Source: Candidatus Woesearchaeota archaeon
GTDB taxonomy: Archaea; Nanobdellota; Nanobdellia; Pacearchaeales; GW2011-AR1
Direction: 5' to 3'
DNA: 56,799 bases
Assembly (NCBI GenBank): GCA_964344105.1
Contig: CAYFMD010000005.1
Coordinates: 1 to 56,799, forward strand
Shown: piece by piece, positions 20,693 to 30,322 of the stretch
Layout of the letters: each line of letters opens with the position of its first letter
Numbering within the stretch: the first letter of the stretch is position 1
Notes under the pieces: model-generated
Databases searched by the model: none
What the model was told of the DNA's origin: nothing
Seen by the model: the letters and a program-made list of their open reading frames with translations, nothing else
Made by a program: the position numbers and the translations under genes

Positions 20693-21445
20693 TTAAACTT
20701 TAGCTAACATGGCACCAAGTAATCTTGCCCCTAAATTTACAGAAATTCCATTAAAGTCCTTATTAGGATTAACATTAACAACACCTGCTCCTCTAAAATT
20801 TCCCAACAATTTCAGCCTTCTAGCAAAGTACAAAACATCATTACTACTCAATCCGCCACTTTCCAATCCGTTAACACCAGGACAAAAAGCAGGATCAACA
20901 ACATTCATACTAAAATTAACATAAAATCCCCTGCTATCTTTCAATCTCTCCATAATCATATCACAAACTCCATTCAGATCCTCATTCAAAACATCCATTC
21001 TTATCAAACTTATCTCCTCTTCTTTAATAAACTTCAATTCATCTTGAGAATAATTCCTACACCCGACTAAAATAATTCTTCGACCATTAAACCCATTCTC
21101 CACTAACTTCCTAACCCCTCCTCCTTCTTGACATTGACTAGAAGCATCAAAAACAACAACCATCCCTCCAACAATCTGCTCAAAACTTCTAATTAGACTA
21201 TAATTTATGCTATTATCTCCCCCAATAAAAAAAGCTCTATCATTCATCTCAAAAATCTCCTTCCCATTCTCAAAAATCAAATGATTAGCCTCTTCAAAAT
21301 TATCTAAATCCACATGAATCTCCTCCAAATTCATTTTATCAACATCAACACCCTTCACATTACGTAATTCTTTCATAATTTCAACAGGAGCTAACTCGCT
21401 ACCTTCATTTTCTTTTTCAGTTAACCTAATCCTAACAAGCTGCAT
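20693..21445 (-). CDS. Arginase/agmatinase-fold protein with degenerate metal ligands
   Basis: GGDNS, FDASSQ, VGCR, SMNVVDPAFCPGV...GGLS, VNPNKD. Confidence 0.75.
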   Translation of the reverse strand: MQLVRIRLTEKENEGSELAPVEIMKELRNVKGVDVDKMNLEEIHVDLDNFEEANHLIFENGKEIFEMNDRAFFIGGDNSINYSLIRSFEQIVGGMVVVFDASSQCQEGGGVRKLVENGFNGRRIILVGCRNYSQDELKFIKEEEISLIRMDVLNEDLNGVCDMIMERLKDSRGFYVNFSMNVVDPAFCPGVNGLESGGLSSNDVLYFARRLKLLGNFRGAGVVNVNPNKDFNGISVNLGARLLGAMLAKV

Positions 21446-21574
21446 AACTAGATTAAAATAAGCTATTATTTAATAGTTCTCCTCGACCAAAATGTATATA
21501 AACAAGATTTCCCTGTGCATCATATGATAAGAATGGATTTAATCCATTCATGAAGAGAGGAAAAGGAGGTTAAT

Positions 21575-21937
21575 ATGGCAAACACACAGAAAACATTTGC
21601 AACTGTTTTAGGTATTGTACTACTAGTTGTAGGACTAGCAGGGTTTGTTGGCGGAGGCCTAGGAATTGTAAGAGACGGTATCTTTGGTACTAATGCACTT
21701 CATGATGTTCTTCATATCATTGCAGGAGTATGGGGTATCTGGATCGGTACAAAAGGAATGGGCTACGGTTACAACAAATGGATTGGTTGGATCGCAATCG
21801 TACTAGCTGTTCTAGGATTCATTCCAGGAATAAGCGGAATGCTAACAACTTATCTTAACGTAAATACCAACATAACAATACTGCACGCAGTAATTGGTAT
21901 AGTTGCTCTTTGGGTCTACCACAAAGGTAGCAGATAA
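21575..21937 (+). CDS. DUF4383-like 4-TM membrane protein
   Basis: IFGTNALHDVLHIIAG...ILHAVIG pattern; SD AGGAGGT. Confidence 0.65.
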   Translation: MANTQKTFATVLGIVLLVVGLAGFVGGGLGIVRDGIFGTNALHDVLHIIAGVWGIWIGTKGMGYGYNKWIGWIAIVLAVLGFIPGISGMLTTYLNVNTNITILHAVIGIVALWVYHKGSR

Positions 21938-22045
21938 ACTTAAATACTTTTTTTTATTTTTCTTATTTATGTATAAAATCTTCAATGATTTTATAGAGAC
22001 AGAGAAAACAGATACTTATTTAAATTAATAATCTGTTTTATCTGT

Positions 22046-22297
22046 ATGTTTCAGAAAAAATCAATATATTCTCTAGGAGTCTTATTTTTATTAGTGGGAT
22101 TGCTATGGCTTTATTCAGGACATTTAATCCATGCCCTTCCCTCGGAAAACCACATGGATAAAGAAATGAATCATGAAGATTCTATGGATCATTCAAATCA
22201 CGATATGAATCTAGGATTATCATTATTAGGAGTAATTCCAACACTAATAGGATTTTACTTAATTGATAAACACAATAGAAGTCTAGGCAGGCACTAA
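22046..22297 (+). CDS. Small 2-TM protein with His/Met-rich loop
   Basis: HMDKEMNHEDSMDHSNHDM between two TM segments. Confidence 0.6.
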   Translation: MFQKKSIYSLGVLFLLVGLLWLYSGHLIHALPSENHMDKEMNHEDSMDHSNHDMNLGLSLLGVIPTLIGFYLIDKHNRSLGRH

Positions 22298-23482
22298 AGC
22301 AACAAAACTATTTCCTTTTAACTTACTCAATTCTCTAACCTGGCTTAACTTAACCTTGCTTACATTCTCCTCATAATTATAATAATTAGTGGCATCTCCT
22401 CCCAGCTCCTCTTGCAACAAATCAAACATCGTACTATCTGACTTCTCCTTGCTAATCTCTCTTAATCCAATCAATCTCTCCTTAGCTTCATTCAAATCAC
22501 TAAGCTTCAGATCCTTCAACTTCTTAATCTCTCTAAGAACTATCTTCTTAACTTCCTGAACTTTATCTTTTGTAGTTCCAACATAAATGATCTCATAACT
22601 ATAATCCTTAGATTGTTCCAAGTTACTCTTAACAGAATAACATAAACCTCTTTTCTCTCTTACTTCTTGAAATAATCTGCTACTCATACCTCCTCCCAAT
22701 ATTCCATCAAAAACCTCTGCAGCATATCTATCCTTATCATTCAACTTAGGCATATGAAATCCTATAACCTCATGGGCCTGATCTATCCCTCGTCTCTTAA
22801 AAACTTGCTCACCATTTCTTAAGGTAATATCCATATCCCTAATTTCCTTTTTGGTTTTAGGAAACTTCTTAGCCTCTTTCAGAACTGCATCCCAACCAAC
22901 ATCCCCTACAACACTAAAAATCATATTATTGCTTGCATAAATGCTATTGTATAGCCTAACAACCTTGTCTCTACTCAGCCCACTAACCGTCTTCTGAGTT
23001 CCTGCAATGGACATGCTAAACGGTCCCCCATACAACATCTCTTTAATTTTTTCTAAAACAAAAGTACTAGGATTATCATTATACATTTTTATTTCCTCAA
23101 GAATAACTTTCCTTTCCCTTTCAAGAGGAGCCTTCTGGAACAAAGGACTTGTAACAAGGTCTCTTCCAATATCAGCGCTTAATGAAAAATGCTTACTAGG
23201 CATTTTATTCCAAAAACAAGTTATCTCCTCTCCAGTAAACGCATTCAAAATTCCACCCTTACTCTCAACACCCTGTGCAATCTCATTAACCGTCCTTTTC
23301 TTAGTCCCCTTAAAGACCAAGTGTTCAATAAAATGGCTTATCCCCTTAATATCTTCTGTCTCATACTGAGCTCCAAATCTAACACTGCTTGCAGTAGCAA
23401 CAACTGGAATCTTCCTTTTCTCATGAATAACTGTCAATCCATTATCCAAAACTTTACGGTGAAACTCTACCCCTTTTACCAT
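22283..23482 (-). CDS. M16 (pitrilysin-family) zinc peptidase
   Basis: Inverted zinc motif HFIEH, LNAFT, SSRLFQEVREKRGLCY. Confidence 0.92.
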   Translation of the reverse strand: MVKGVEFHRKVLDNGLTVIHEKRKIPVVATASSVRFGAQYETEDIKGISHFIEHLVFKGTKKRTVNEIAQGVESKGGILNAFTGEEITCFWNKMPSKHFSLSADIGRDLVTSPLFQKAPLERERKVILEEIKMYNDNPSTFVLEKIKEMLYGGPFSMSIAGTQKTVSGLSRDKVVRLYNSIYASNNMIFSVVGDVGWDAVLKEAKKFPKTKKEIRDMDITLRNGEQVFKRRGIDQAHEVIGFHMPKLNDKDRYAAEVFDGILGGGMSSRLFQEVREKRGLCYSVKSNLEQSKDYSYEIIYVGTTKDKVQEVKKIVLREIKKLKDLKLSDLNEAKERLIGLREISKEKSDSTMFDLLQEELGGDATNYYNYEENVSKVKLSQVRELSKLKGNSFVALVPA

Positions 23483-23486
23483 ATAA

Positions 23487-24032
23487 TTATAACAAAGAAA
23501 ATTGCCTTATTAAATCCTTGTTCCTAACTTCTGGATGAAATAAAACTCCAAAAATATTTTTCTTCCTATGCTTAACCGCCTGACTTACTTTGTCTCCAGA
23601 AAAAACATCAAAATCCAATCCAGAAAAATCAACATAGTTATTATGCAAGTGATAAACCTCATTTAATCCCCTCAATCCAAGAAAATTTTTCTTAAAATCC
23701 TCCTTAAAATATCCAATCTCATTTTTTTTCTTTAATTTTCCACCAAAAACCAATCCAATTAATTGCATTCCCCCACAAATTCCTAAAATAGGCTTATCAA
23801 ATTCCAAAAGCCACTTAAACTTCTCAACAGAATCAAAAAACTCACCATCATAAAGCGTAGTTCCACAAATTATAACGCCATCACACCTTTCCAAATCTTT
23901 CTTCTTCAAACAATCATAACTCCTAACAAATCCCTTAACTTTATTTTTAATCAAAACATCTCCAACTGGTTTAACAAACTCATAAAATCCTAATTTCTCT
24001 TTACAAATATCAATCAACAATACATTTTTCAT
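23487..24032 (-). CDS. Class I glutamine amidotransferase (GMP synthase A-like)
   Basis: PILGICGGMQ nucleophile and FHPE triad motif. Confidence 0.85.
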   Translation of the reverse strand: MKNVLLIDICKEKLGFYEFVKPVGDVLIKNKVKGFVRSYDCLKKKDLERCDGVIICGTTLYDGEFFDSVEKFKWLLEFDKPILGICGGMQLIGLVFGGKLKKKNEIGYFKEDFKKNFLGLRGLNEVYHLHNNYVDFSGLDFDVFSGDKVSQAVKHRKKNIFGVLFHPEVRNKDLIRQFSLL

Positions 24033-24703
24033 TTAACATTCACCTCCATCCTCCAGCTATTACCCTCACCAACTATCTTCCCACCATCAACATTCAACTT
24101 TTTCTTAAACAAAGGGCAGTTAATCACAAAACTCTCAAACTCGCCACCCTCTCCTGCAACATTTATTCCATTTCTCTCACTAATTTTTTCAATATCCTTA
24201 ACAAACTTCCTATCAATCTTTCTGCCTAGCCAGTTTTTATCCAATCCATCTGCAAAAACCCCAACCAAAATAACTTCAAACTTATTTTTTATCAAGTCGT
24301 CCAACAATTCACTTTGATCTTTCTGCCAAAGAGGATTAAAACATTCAACATTCAGCTTATTACATATCTTTTCAACCCGGCTAGCCTGATAAACACTCTC
24401 TACAGCACCCGTCACAATTCCTTCAACTCCAAAATCCTTAATAGCTCTAGCAATCGCCTTCTCTAAATCAACTAACTCTTTTTCCTTCACACCCTTTGTT
24501 TTTACAACAACTAAAGGAACATTCATAGCTTGAGCCTGTTTCTCAACTTTTCTAATTGAAGGTGTATGAAACATATAACTATCCTCATTTTGACTAACAA
24601 TACTAATCAAACATCCAATATCATAACCACATTTCTTAGCCAAAAAGGCAGCATACATACTATCCTTCCCGCCAGAAAACAAAACTCCTAATTTCTTTCC
24701 CAT
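24029..24703 (-). CDS. dph6: Diphthine--ammonia ligase
   Basis: PP-loop SGGKDS, SYMFH, PLW, GEGGEFES; start taken at MGKK. Confidence 0.88.
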   Translation of the reverse strand: MGKKLGVLFSGGKDSMYAAFLAKKCGYDIGCLISIVSQNEDSYMFHTPSIRKVEKQAQAMNVPLVVVKTKGVKEKELVDLEKAIARAIKDFGVEGIVTGAVESVYQASRVEKICNKLNVECFNPLWQKDQSELLDDLIKNKFEVILVGVFADGLDKNWLGRKIDRKFVKDIEKISERNGINVAGEGGEFESFVINCPLFKKKLNVDGGKIVGEGNSWRMEVNVK

Positions 24704-24733
24704 TTCTATAAAAACAAAAACCAAAATTTAAAC

Positions 24734-25741
24734 CTATGCTTCAGCAGGATTAAAACTATCTAACTGATGCCTATAAGAATCCAATTGATCAGACCCACTT
24801 CCCCGATAAAATGCAAGATGATCTGTATAAACCCTATCAAATTCCGCAATCCAATCCACTCTCTCAACAGGATATTGGCTAAAAAGAGTCCTCATACCTT
24901 GATGAACATAATTAACATCTCCTCTAATTAACTCATCTAAAGGAGTTTCATGCCTGCCAAGAAAATCCCTTTTAGGCCATATTAAAGAACTACCAAAATC
25001 CAATATTTTAGCATCAGCATGATTTCCTTGAATCTTCATCCTCACCTCATCATACCAATTATGAGCATCATAAATAACATTGCAACCATGCATAACTGCA
25101 AATAAATGACCTGTACAAGCTGCAATATCCATGGGATGCATACTAAAAGGATCTCTATAATCTATATTAGGAGCATTAGGGGAATCAATCTTTATCATTA
25201 ATTCCTCAACAAAAGAACGCCTTCCTGCCGAAAAAATTTCCGGGCCAATAAAACCTGAAAAAGCCTCCATAACTGGTTTTTCATGGCCACCTTGATATGG
25301 CTTAACTGAATATCCAACCCCTCTAGCTTTATCAATAACACAATATCTCATCCCCCTTTCTCCCATCCCAGGCAAGGGCTGAATGATAACATTTTCAGGA
25401 CTAGAAGCTTCAATCCTATCCAATAGAAAAGGGCTCTCTGCAACCATAGAAGCAAAATCTTCCCTATACATACTAACAGAATCTAAACCTTCCCAAGTTA
25501 CCCTTCCCTCTATAGTCGGATAATGAATCTCAAAAGGATGATCAGAATCCCTTATCATAAAATAAAAATGATCATCAAAACCATGTTCACCAAAATATCC
25601 CCATACCACATCCCTTGTATCTGGTTCATTACCATAAATATTATTCATAAAAATATGAAAATCTCTATATCCCCTCCTACCTTCTGGAGATTCCTCTAAA
25701 AACCTCTGTGCTGCAACCTCAAAAACTTCTTCAAAATTCAT
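24734..25741 (-). CDS. Hypothetical protein, possible kinase-like fold
   Basis: YSVKP, FVEEL, MHGCNVIY, KILDFG in kinase-like order; no canonical HRD/HGD. Confidence 0.45.
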   Translation of the reverse strand: MNFEEVFEVAAQRFLEESPEGRRGYRDFHIFMNNIYGNEPDTRDVVWGYFGEHGFDDHFYFMIRDSDHPFEIHYPTIEGRVTWEGLDSVSMYREDFASMVAESPFLLDRIEASSPENVIIQPLPGMGERGMRYCVIDKARGVGYSVKPYQGGHEKPVMEAFSGFIGPEIFSAGRRSFVEELMIKIDSPNAPNIDYRDPFSMHPMDIAACTGHLFAVMHGCNVIYDAHNWYDEVRMKIQGNHADAKILDFGSSLIWPKRDFLGRHETPLDELIRGDVNYVHQGMRTLFSQYPVERVDWIAEFDRVYTDHLAFYRGSGSDQLDSYRHQLDSFNPAEA

Positions 25742-25818
25742 AAAACTGCAATAAAATATCTACTTATAAACATTACCCTAATCAAAATATTTTAAAACAA
25801 TCACTAATTAATATCAAT

Positions 25819-26727
25819 ATGCCAATAAACGCACACCCAGAATACATAGAAGCTGAAAGTAAGTTCCATGCAGCAGGAACTGACGAAGAAAAGATAGCAG
25901 CACTAGAAGAAATGATGAAACACATGCCAACCCACAAAGGTGCTGAGAATCTTAGGAAGAATATTAGAACAAGATACAAAAAATTAAAAGCAGAGTCAGC
26001 AAGAAAGGCAAAGAAATCTGGGAAAAAAGGAATAAAAAAAGGAGAAATGCAAGCAGTTCTTTTAGGACTAACAAATTCCGGAAAATCATCAATACTAAAA
26101 GCTATAACAAATGCAGATCCAAAAATTGCAAGTTATGGATTCACAACAAACGAACCATTACAAGGATCACTAAACTTTCAAGGGTGTAATATCCAAATTA
26201 TTGATATGCCTCCAATTGCTAGCGAAGGATTCGACAAATCATTAGTAAATTCAGCAGACACAATTATAATTGTAATAGAAAAATTACACGAAATAAAAAT
26301 AATACAGGATTTTTTCAAAAAATTAAATGAAAAAGCAAACCAAATCGTAGTGTTCAACAAAATTGATCAGCATGATGAACAAACTAAAAGAAAAATAGAG
26401 GCCACACTAAAAACAAAAAAGCATAACTATGTTCTTGTTTCTACAAAAACCGACGAGGGAATAGATGAACTAAAAGAAAAAATCTTAGATTCATTTAATG
26501 TAATAAGGGTCTACACAAGACACCCTGGAACAAAACAAGATAACGTTCCAGTAGTCCTAGATCCCAATTCAACACTAAAAGATGTTGCAGAAAAAGTTCT
26601 TCATGGATTCTCAAAAAAAGTAAAATATGCCAAAATAACAGGTCCATCAAGCAAATTCAAAGGCCAAAGAGTTGGATTAAAACATATAGTAAAGGATCGT
26701 GATGTAGTTGAATTTTTTACGGACTAA
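25819..26727 (+). CDS. DRG/OBG-family GTPase with TGS domain
   Basis: GLTNSGKS, YGFTT, NKID, C-terminal GQRVGLKHIVKDRDVVE. Confidence 0.88.
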   Translation: MPINAHPEYIEAESKFHAAGTDEEKIAALEEMMKHMPTHKGAENLRKNIRTRYKKLKAESARKAKKSGKKGIKKGEMQAVLLGLTNSGKSSILKAITNADPKIASYGFTTNEPLQGSLNFQGCNIQIIDMPPIASEGFDKSLVNSADTIIIVIEKLHEIKIIQDFFKKLNEKANQIVVFNKIDQHDEQTKRKIEATLKTKKHNYVLVSTKTDEGIDELKEKILDSFNVIRVYTRHPGTKQDNVPVVLDPNSTLKDVAEKVLHGFSKKVKYAKITGPSSKFKGQRVGLKHIVKDRDVVEFFTD

Positions 26728-26867
26728 CTTTAGCATCAATCCCATTTGAATTCAAAATAGTAATATAAGTATGAGCCATATCTACCGGATCACCATTAGA
26801 ATCTACAACAGTATCAAAAGGAACATATTCAGAAGACCTTTCTCCTTGAAATCTTTCATAAAAAAAT

Positions 26868-27878
26868 TCATCCATCCTGCCTATAAGCCTTATCACTCAA
26901 TTTTTTTAACTTACCTCTATCTAACTTACCCAAAATATTATTCAACTCTTTTGCCAAAGCGATCTTCAAATCCATTGGATGCAATTTCTTACTAACAAAA
27001 TCCTTCTCCAAACTTTCATAATCAGAATACTCAACATTACCTCCAAACTTATCTGGTCTCTCAACTCTAAACTTTTCTTTATTATCTCCTTTAATCACCA
27101 TCATAATATATTTTATAAACTCCATCACACCATTATCAAGATCTCCCTCTAAACAATCCGCCTTGTTTATTTTTTTCTTAACAGTTTCCTCATCATCCAA
27201 AAAATCAATCTTAGTATTAGGATCGCTTGCACTCATCTTCTTTCCAACCAGCCCTCTTAAAATTGGAGTCATCATTTCGATTCTAGGTTTATATCCAATC
27301 TTAGGATGCTGTTCTCTAGCCATTACAAAAATCTTCCTTTGATCTCTCCCTCCTAACTGCATATCCACCTTCAGATACTCTTCATCCAATGCCTGCATTA
27401 AAGGATAAATCAATCCAGCCAATTTTGGATTATCTCCTAGTTTAACAACCTCACTAGCAGCCTTATTAGCATCATGAACAGAAACATTAGTAGCCATTCT
27501 CAATAAATCTTTCATATAATTTCCTTTCAATTCAAAATCACTTCCCTTAACAAATTCCATATTTTTAGGGTTCCCCCCAATTGCCTTAATCACTCCAGGA
27601 ATTATTTCTGAATAATACTTATATCTATCTTCCAAAACATCATAAGGAGTCCCATCCAATAATGCATGTAAATCAGCTAACAAAACCTTGACCTTAAACC
27701 CAGCTCTAAGCAAGTCATTTAGCTTCAAAATCCAAATTAAATAACCTACATGAGGTCTTCCTGTAGGAGCAGTCCCAATATAAACACTTGGCTTTTTCTT
27801 ACCCCTCAACAACTTCTTAAGATCATCTTCACCAATAATCTCAGCAGTATTTCTAGAAACCAACTCGAATTTATCCAT
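26868..27878 (-). CDS. tyrS: Tyrosine--tRNA ligase (archaeal type)
   Basis: PTGRPHVGY (HIGH), YPLMQALD, GGRDQRKI, KMSAS. Confidence 0.95.
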   Translation of the reverse strand: MDKFELVSRNTAEIIGEDDLKKLLRGKKKPSVYIGTAPTGRPHVGYLIWILKLNDLLRAGFKVKVLLADLHALLDGTPYDVLEDRYKYYSEIIPGVIKAIGGNPKNMEFVKGSDFELKGNYMKDLLRMATNVSVHDANKAASEVVKLGDNPKLAGLIYPLMQALDEEYLKVDMQLGGRDQRKIFVMAREQHPKIGYKPRIEMMTPILRGLVGKKMSASDPNTKIDFLDDEETVKKKINKADCLEGDLDNGVMEFIKYIMMVIKGDNKEKFRVERPDKFGGNVEYSDYESLEKDFVSKKLHPMDLKIALAKELNNILGKLDRGKLKKLSDKAYRQDG

Positions 27879-27924
27879 AACCTAAAAAACAAAAATTCTT
27901 TAATAAATCTTTCTAAATATCTTC

Positions 27925-28251
27925 ATGAGAGTAACAAGACTAACACTATCAATTTCCCTACTAGGAACAATTATCTTACTAATTCTAACAAACACACTAC
28001 CTGCAACAGAACTAGAAATAGAACAAATAACTATAAACCATTTGAACAAAAAAATAACAACAGATGGGACAATAACAAAAACTAATCGCCATCCAAATTT
28101 CCAAATAGTAACAATAACAAAAAACTCTTACTCAATAGATATCTTACTAGATCAAAAGACAAATCTAACTAATCAATCAATAATAGTAACAGGAAGATTA
28201 GAAAAATATAAAGATAGATTGCAGATTAGAGCTGATGAAATTAAGCTGTAA
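27925..28251 (+). CDS. Membrane-anchored OB-fold protein
   Basis: N-terminal TM; IIVTGRLEKYKDRLQIRADEI OB-fold ending. Confidence 0.65.
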   Translation: MRVTRLTLSISLLGTIILLILTNTLPATELEIEQITINHLNKKITTDGTITKTNRHPNFQIVTITKNSYSIDILLDQKTNLTNQSIIVTGRLEKYKDRLQIRADEIKL

Positions 28252-29113
28252 TAGCTTCCACAGTTGACATTTCCCCGCCCCTTCTAAATTCATCCCTTAT
28301 ACCAGCCAAAGCCTGAAATCCCCAACCATCTCCATAAAGATCCCTGCCCCATATAACCAATCCAGCCAAACCAGTAGGAACATATTGATTGGCCAATGAA
28401 ACAACATGATGCATCAATGGATCAGGATTAGAACAAATAGGCTCTTTAGTACCCTCATGTTCATTCCTAGTCCCCTTAAGTTGCCTTGTAGTTCTATCAA
28501 GTCTCATCGCATAAAGCGGTTGAATGTATCCAGTCTTAGGTTCCCTTAAAACTGCTAAAGGAGAAGGGCTCCCTATTAAATATCTACCAGGATGTTCAAC
28601 ATTTCCATCTCTCTTGATTAACTCTTCCCCAGTCTCCCTAATAACATTATCTAAACTATCCTCTCCAGGATTTATCGCTCCACCAATAGTATGCCTGTCT
28701 CCCCCATAAGTTGCAAGCCCCCTCTCCCTTATATCTACCCACAAAAACCCATTCCTATCAATAGGAATTGCATTAGCAGTCAAAACAGGTGCACCTGCCG
28801 CATGTCTAGGATTATCATGAATCTTACTTCTAACATAATCAGCATCACAATAAGTATTATTTACAACATCCAAAACAACAGTATGTCCTTCTTGCCTACT
28901 ATCCACAACCCATAATTGATCATCATTCCTACCATTATTTCTAGAAATATCATTTTTTTTCTTAGTAAGATAGGCTTTTTCACCACTTGTAAAATAATTA
29001 CCATCGGTTATACTACCACCAACATGATTCAACTCAACCCACCTATAACTATGGTGCATAACCTCTGATTGACCTTGAAAAACTTCATTCATTTCTGCAT
29101 AAAAGTCTACCAT
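28241..29113 (-). CDS. Nudix-family hydrolase
   Basis: GGAINPGEDSLDNVIRETGEEL Nudix box. Confidence 0.75.
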   Translation of the reverse strand: MVDFYAEMNEVFQGQSEVMHHSYRWVELNHVGGSITDGNYFTSGEKAYLTKKKNDISRNNGRNDDQLWVVDSRQEGHTVVLDVVNNTYCDADYVRSKIHDNPRHAAGAPVLTANAIPIDRNGFLWVDIRERGLATYGGDRHTIGGAINPGEDSLDNVIRETGEELIKRDGNVEHPGRYLIGSPSPLAVLREPKTGYIQPLYAMRLDRTTRQLKGTRNEHEGTKEPICSNPDPLMHHVVSLANQYVPTGLAGLVIWGRDLYGDGWGFQALAGIRDEFRRGGEMSTVEAITA

Positions 29114-29150
29114 ACTAAAAAATCCAAATAGCTTATCCTTTTAAAGATTA

Positions 29151-30233
29151 CTATACCTTCCACTTCCCATTCTCTTGGATCACCTTTCCATCCAAAACTA
29201 TCTTAGCCTTCTTCATATTCTTAACAATGTCTACATGAATAGCCGAATCGTTCCCACCACCATTCATCTTATATGCCATTCCCAAAGCCAAATGAATAGT
29301 GCAATCCAACTTCTCATCAAATAACAAATCATTCGTATATTTCTTAATTCCAGGATTACATCCAACTCCAAACTCTCCAACAAAACTAGCATTCTCATCA
29401 GTACTCAACAATTCTTTCAAAAATTCCTCTCCAGATTCAGCACTATACTCAACAACCTTACCTTTCTCAAACTTCAACTTTACTCCTGAAATAACATTTC
29501 CATTAACAACTCTAGGATAATCAAAATTTATCCATCCTTCAAGGCTTTCTCTAACCGGAGCCATAAATACCTCTCCCCCTGGCATGTTCTCTTCTCCCTT
29601 ATCTGGAACACAATTCTTTCCTTTAATAGAAAACTTAAGATCAACTCCTTCTCCAATCAAATGCACCTTACTACCCTTCTCAAAAACCTTGCAAAGTTTA
29701 TCCATCCTCTTACCAAACTTCTTCCAATCAATCAAACAAGCGCTAAATACAAAATTTTCATAATCATTCAAAGACATGCCAGCCTCTTGTGCTAAAGCAG
29801 TGCAAGGAAAGCCAATAGTAACTCTCTTCATCCAACCCTCCTTCTTATCAGCAGAATTCACAATATGATCTCCAATAGGTCTCAACACCTTCTTTCTAGC
29901 CATAATCTTCTTAGGATCCGCATCACTCAACTCCCTAGTGTTTGAAGTAGTATTAATCCCAACATAATACTGGCAACTCTTTATAGTATCCATCCTAATC
30001 TGTGGAAATCTCTCCAGCTGCTCTTTATTAGCATGCTTATAGAAAAAATCAGTAGTTCCATTCAACCTTAAATCAACAATAGGATGAGCTCCTTGTAAAA
30101 TAACTTCTTTATACAACTCCAAAACAAATTCTCTTGCTTCCTCCCCACCTGAAATCATAACATTAGTCCCAGGTTTAACTTCTAAAGAATATCTAATCGT
30201 CTGCTGTGCAAGTTTTCTAATTCGAGGATCCAT
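29151..30233 (-). CDS. Aminopeptidase, M29 (AmpS/PepT-like)
   Basis: NMPGGEVF, GEFGVG, LFDEK, HLALG, SAIHVD. Confidence 0.92.
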   Translation of the reverse strand: MDPRIRKLAQQTIRYSLEVKPGTNVMISGGEEAREFVLELYKEVILQGAHPIVDLRLNGTTDFFYKHANKEQLERFPQIRMDTIKSCQYYVGINTTSNTRELSDADPKKIMARKKVLRPIGDHIVNSADKKEGWMKRVTIGFPCTALAQEAGMSLNDYENFVFSACLIDWKKFGKRMDKLCKVFEKGSKVHLIGEGVDLKFSIKGKNCVPDKGEENMPGGEVFMAPVRESLEGWINFDYPRVVNGNVISGVKLKFEKGKVVEYSAESGEEFLKELLSTDENASFVGEFGVGCNPGIKKYTNDLLFDEKLDCTIHLALGMAYKMNGGGNDSAIHVDIVKNMKKAKIVLDGKVIQENGKWKV

Positions 30234-30322
30234 CGTAATTGGGATATCACCTCTTAATCTACACCTAAAAAATACTAATTTTCACCCTTTATATACATAT
30301 CTACCCTAAACAACAACTAAAC

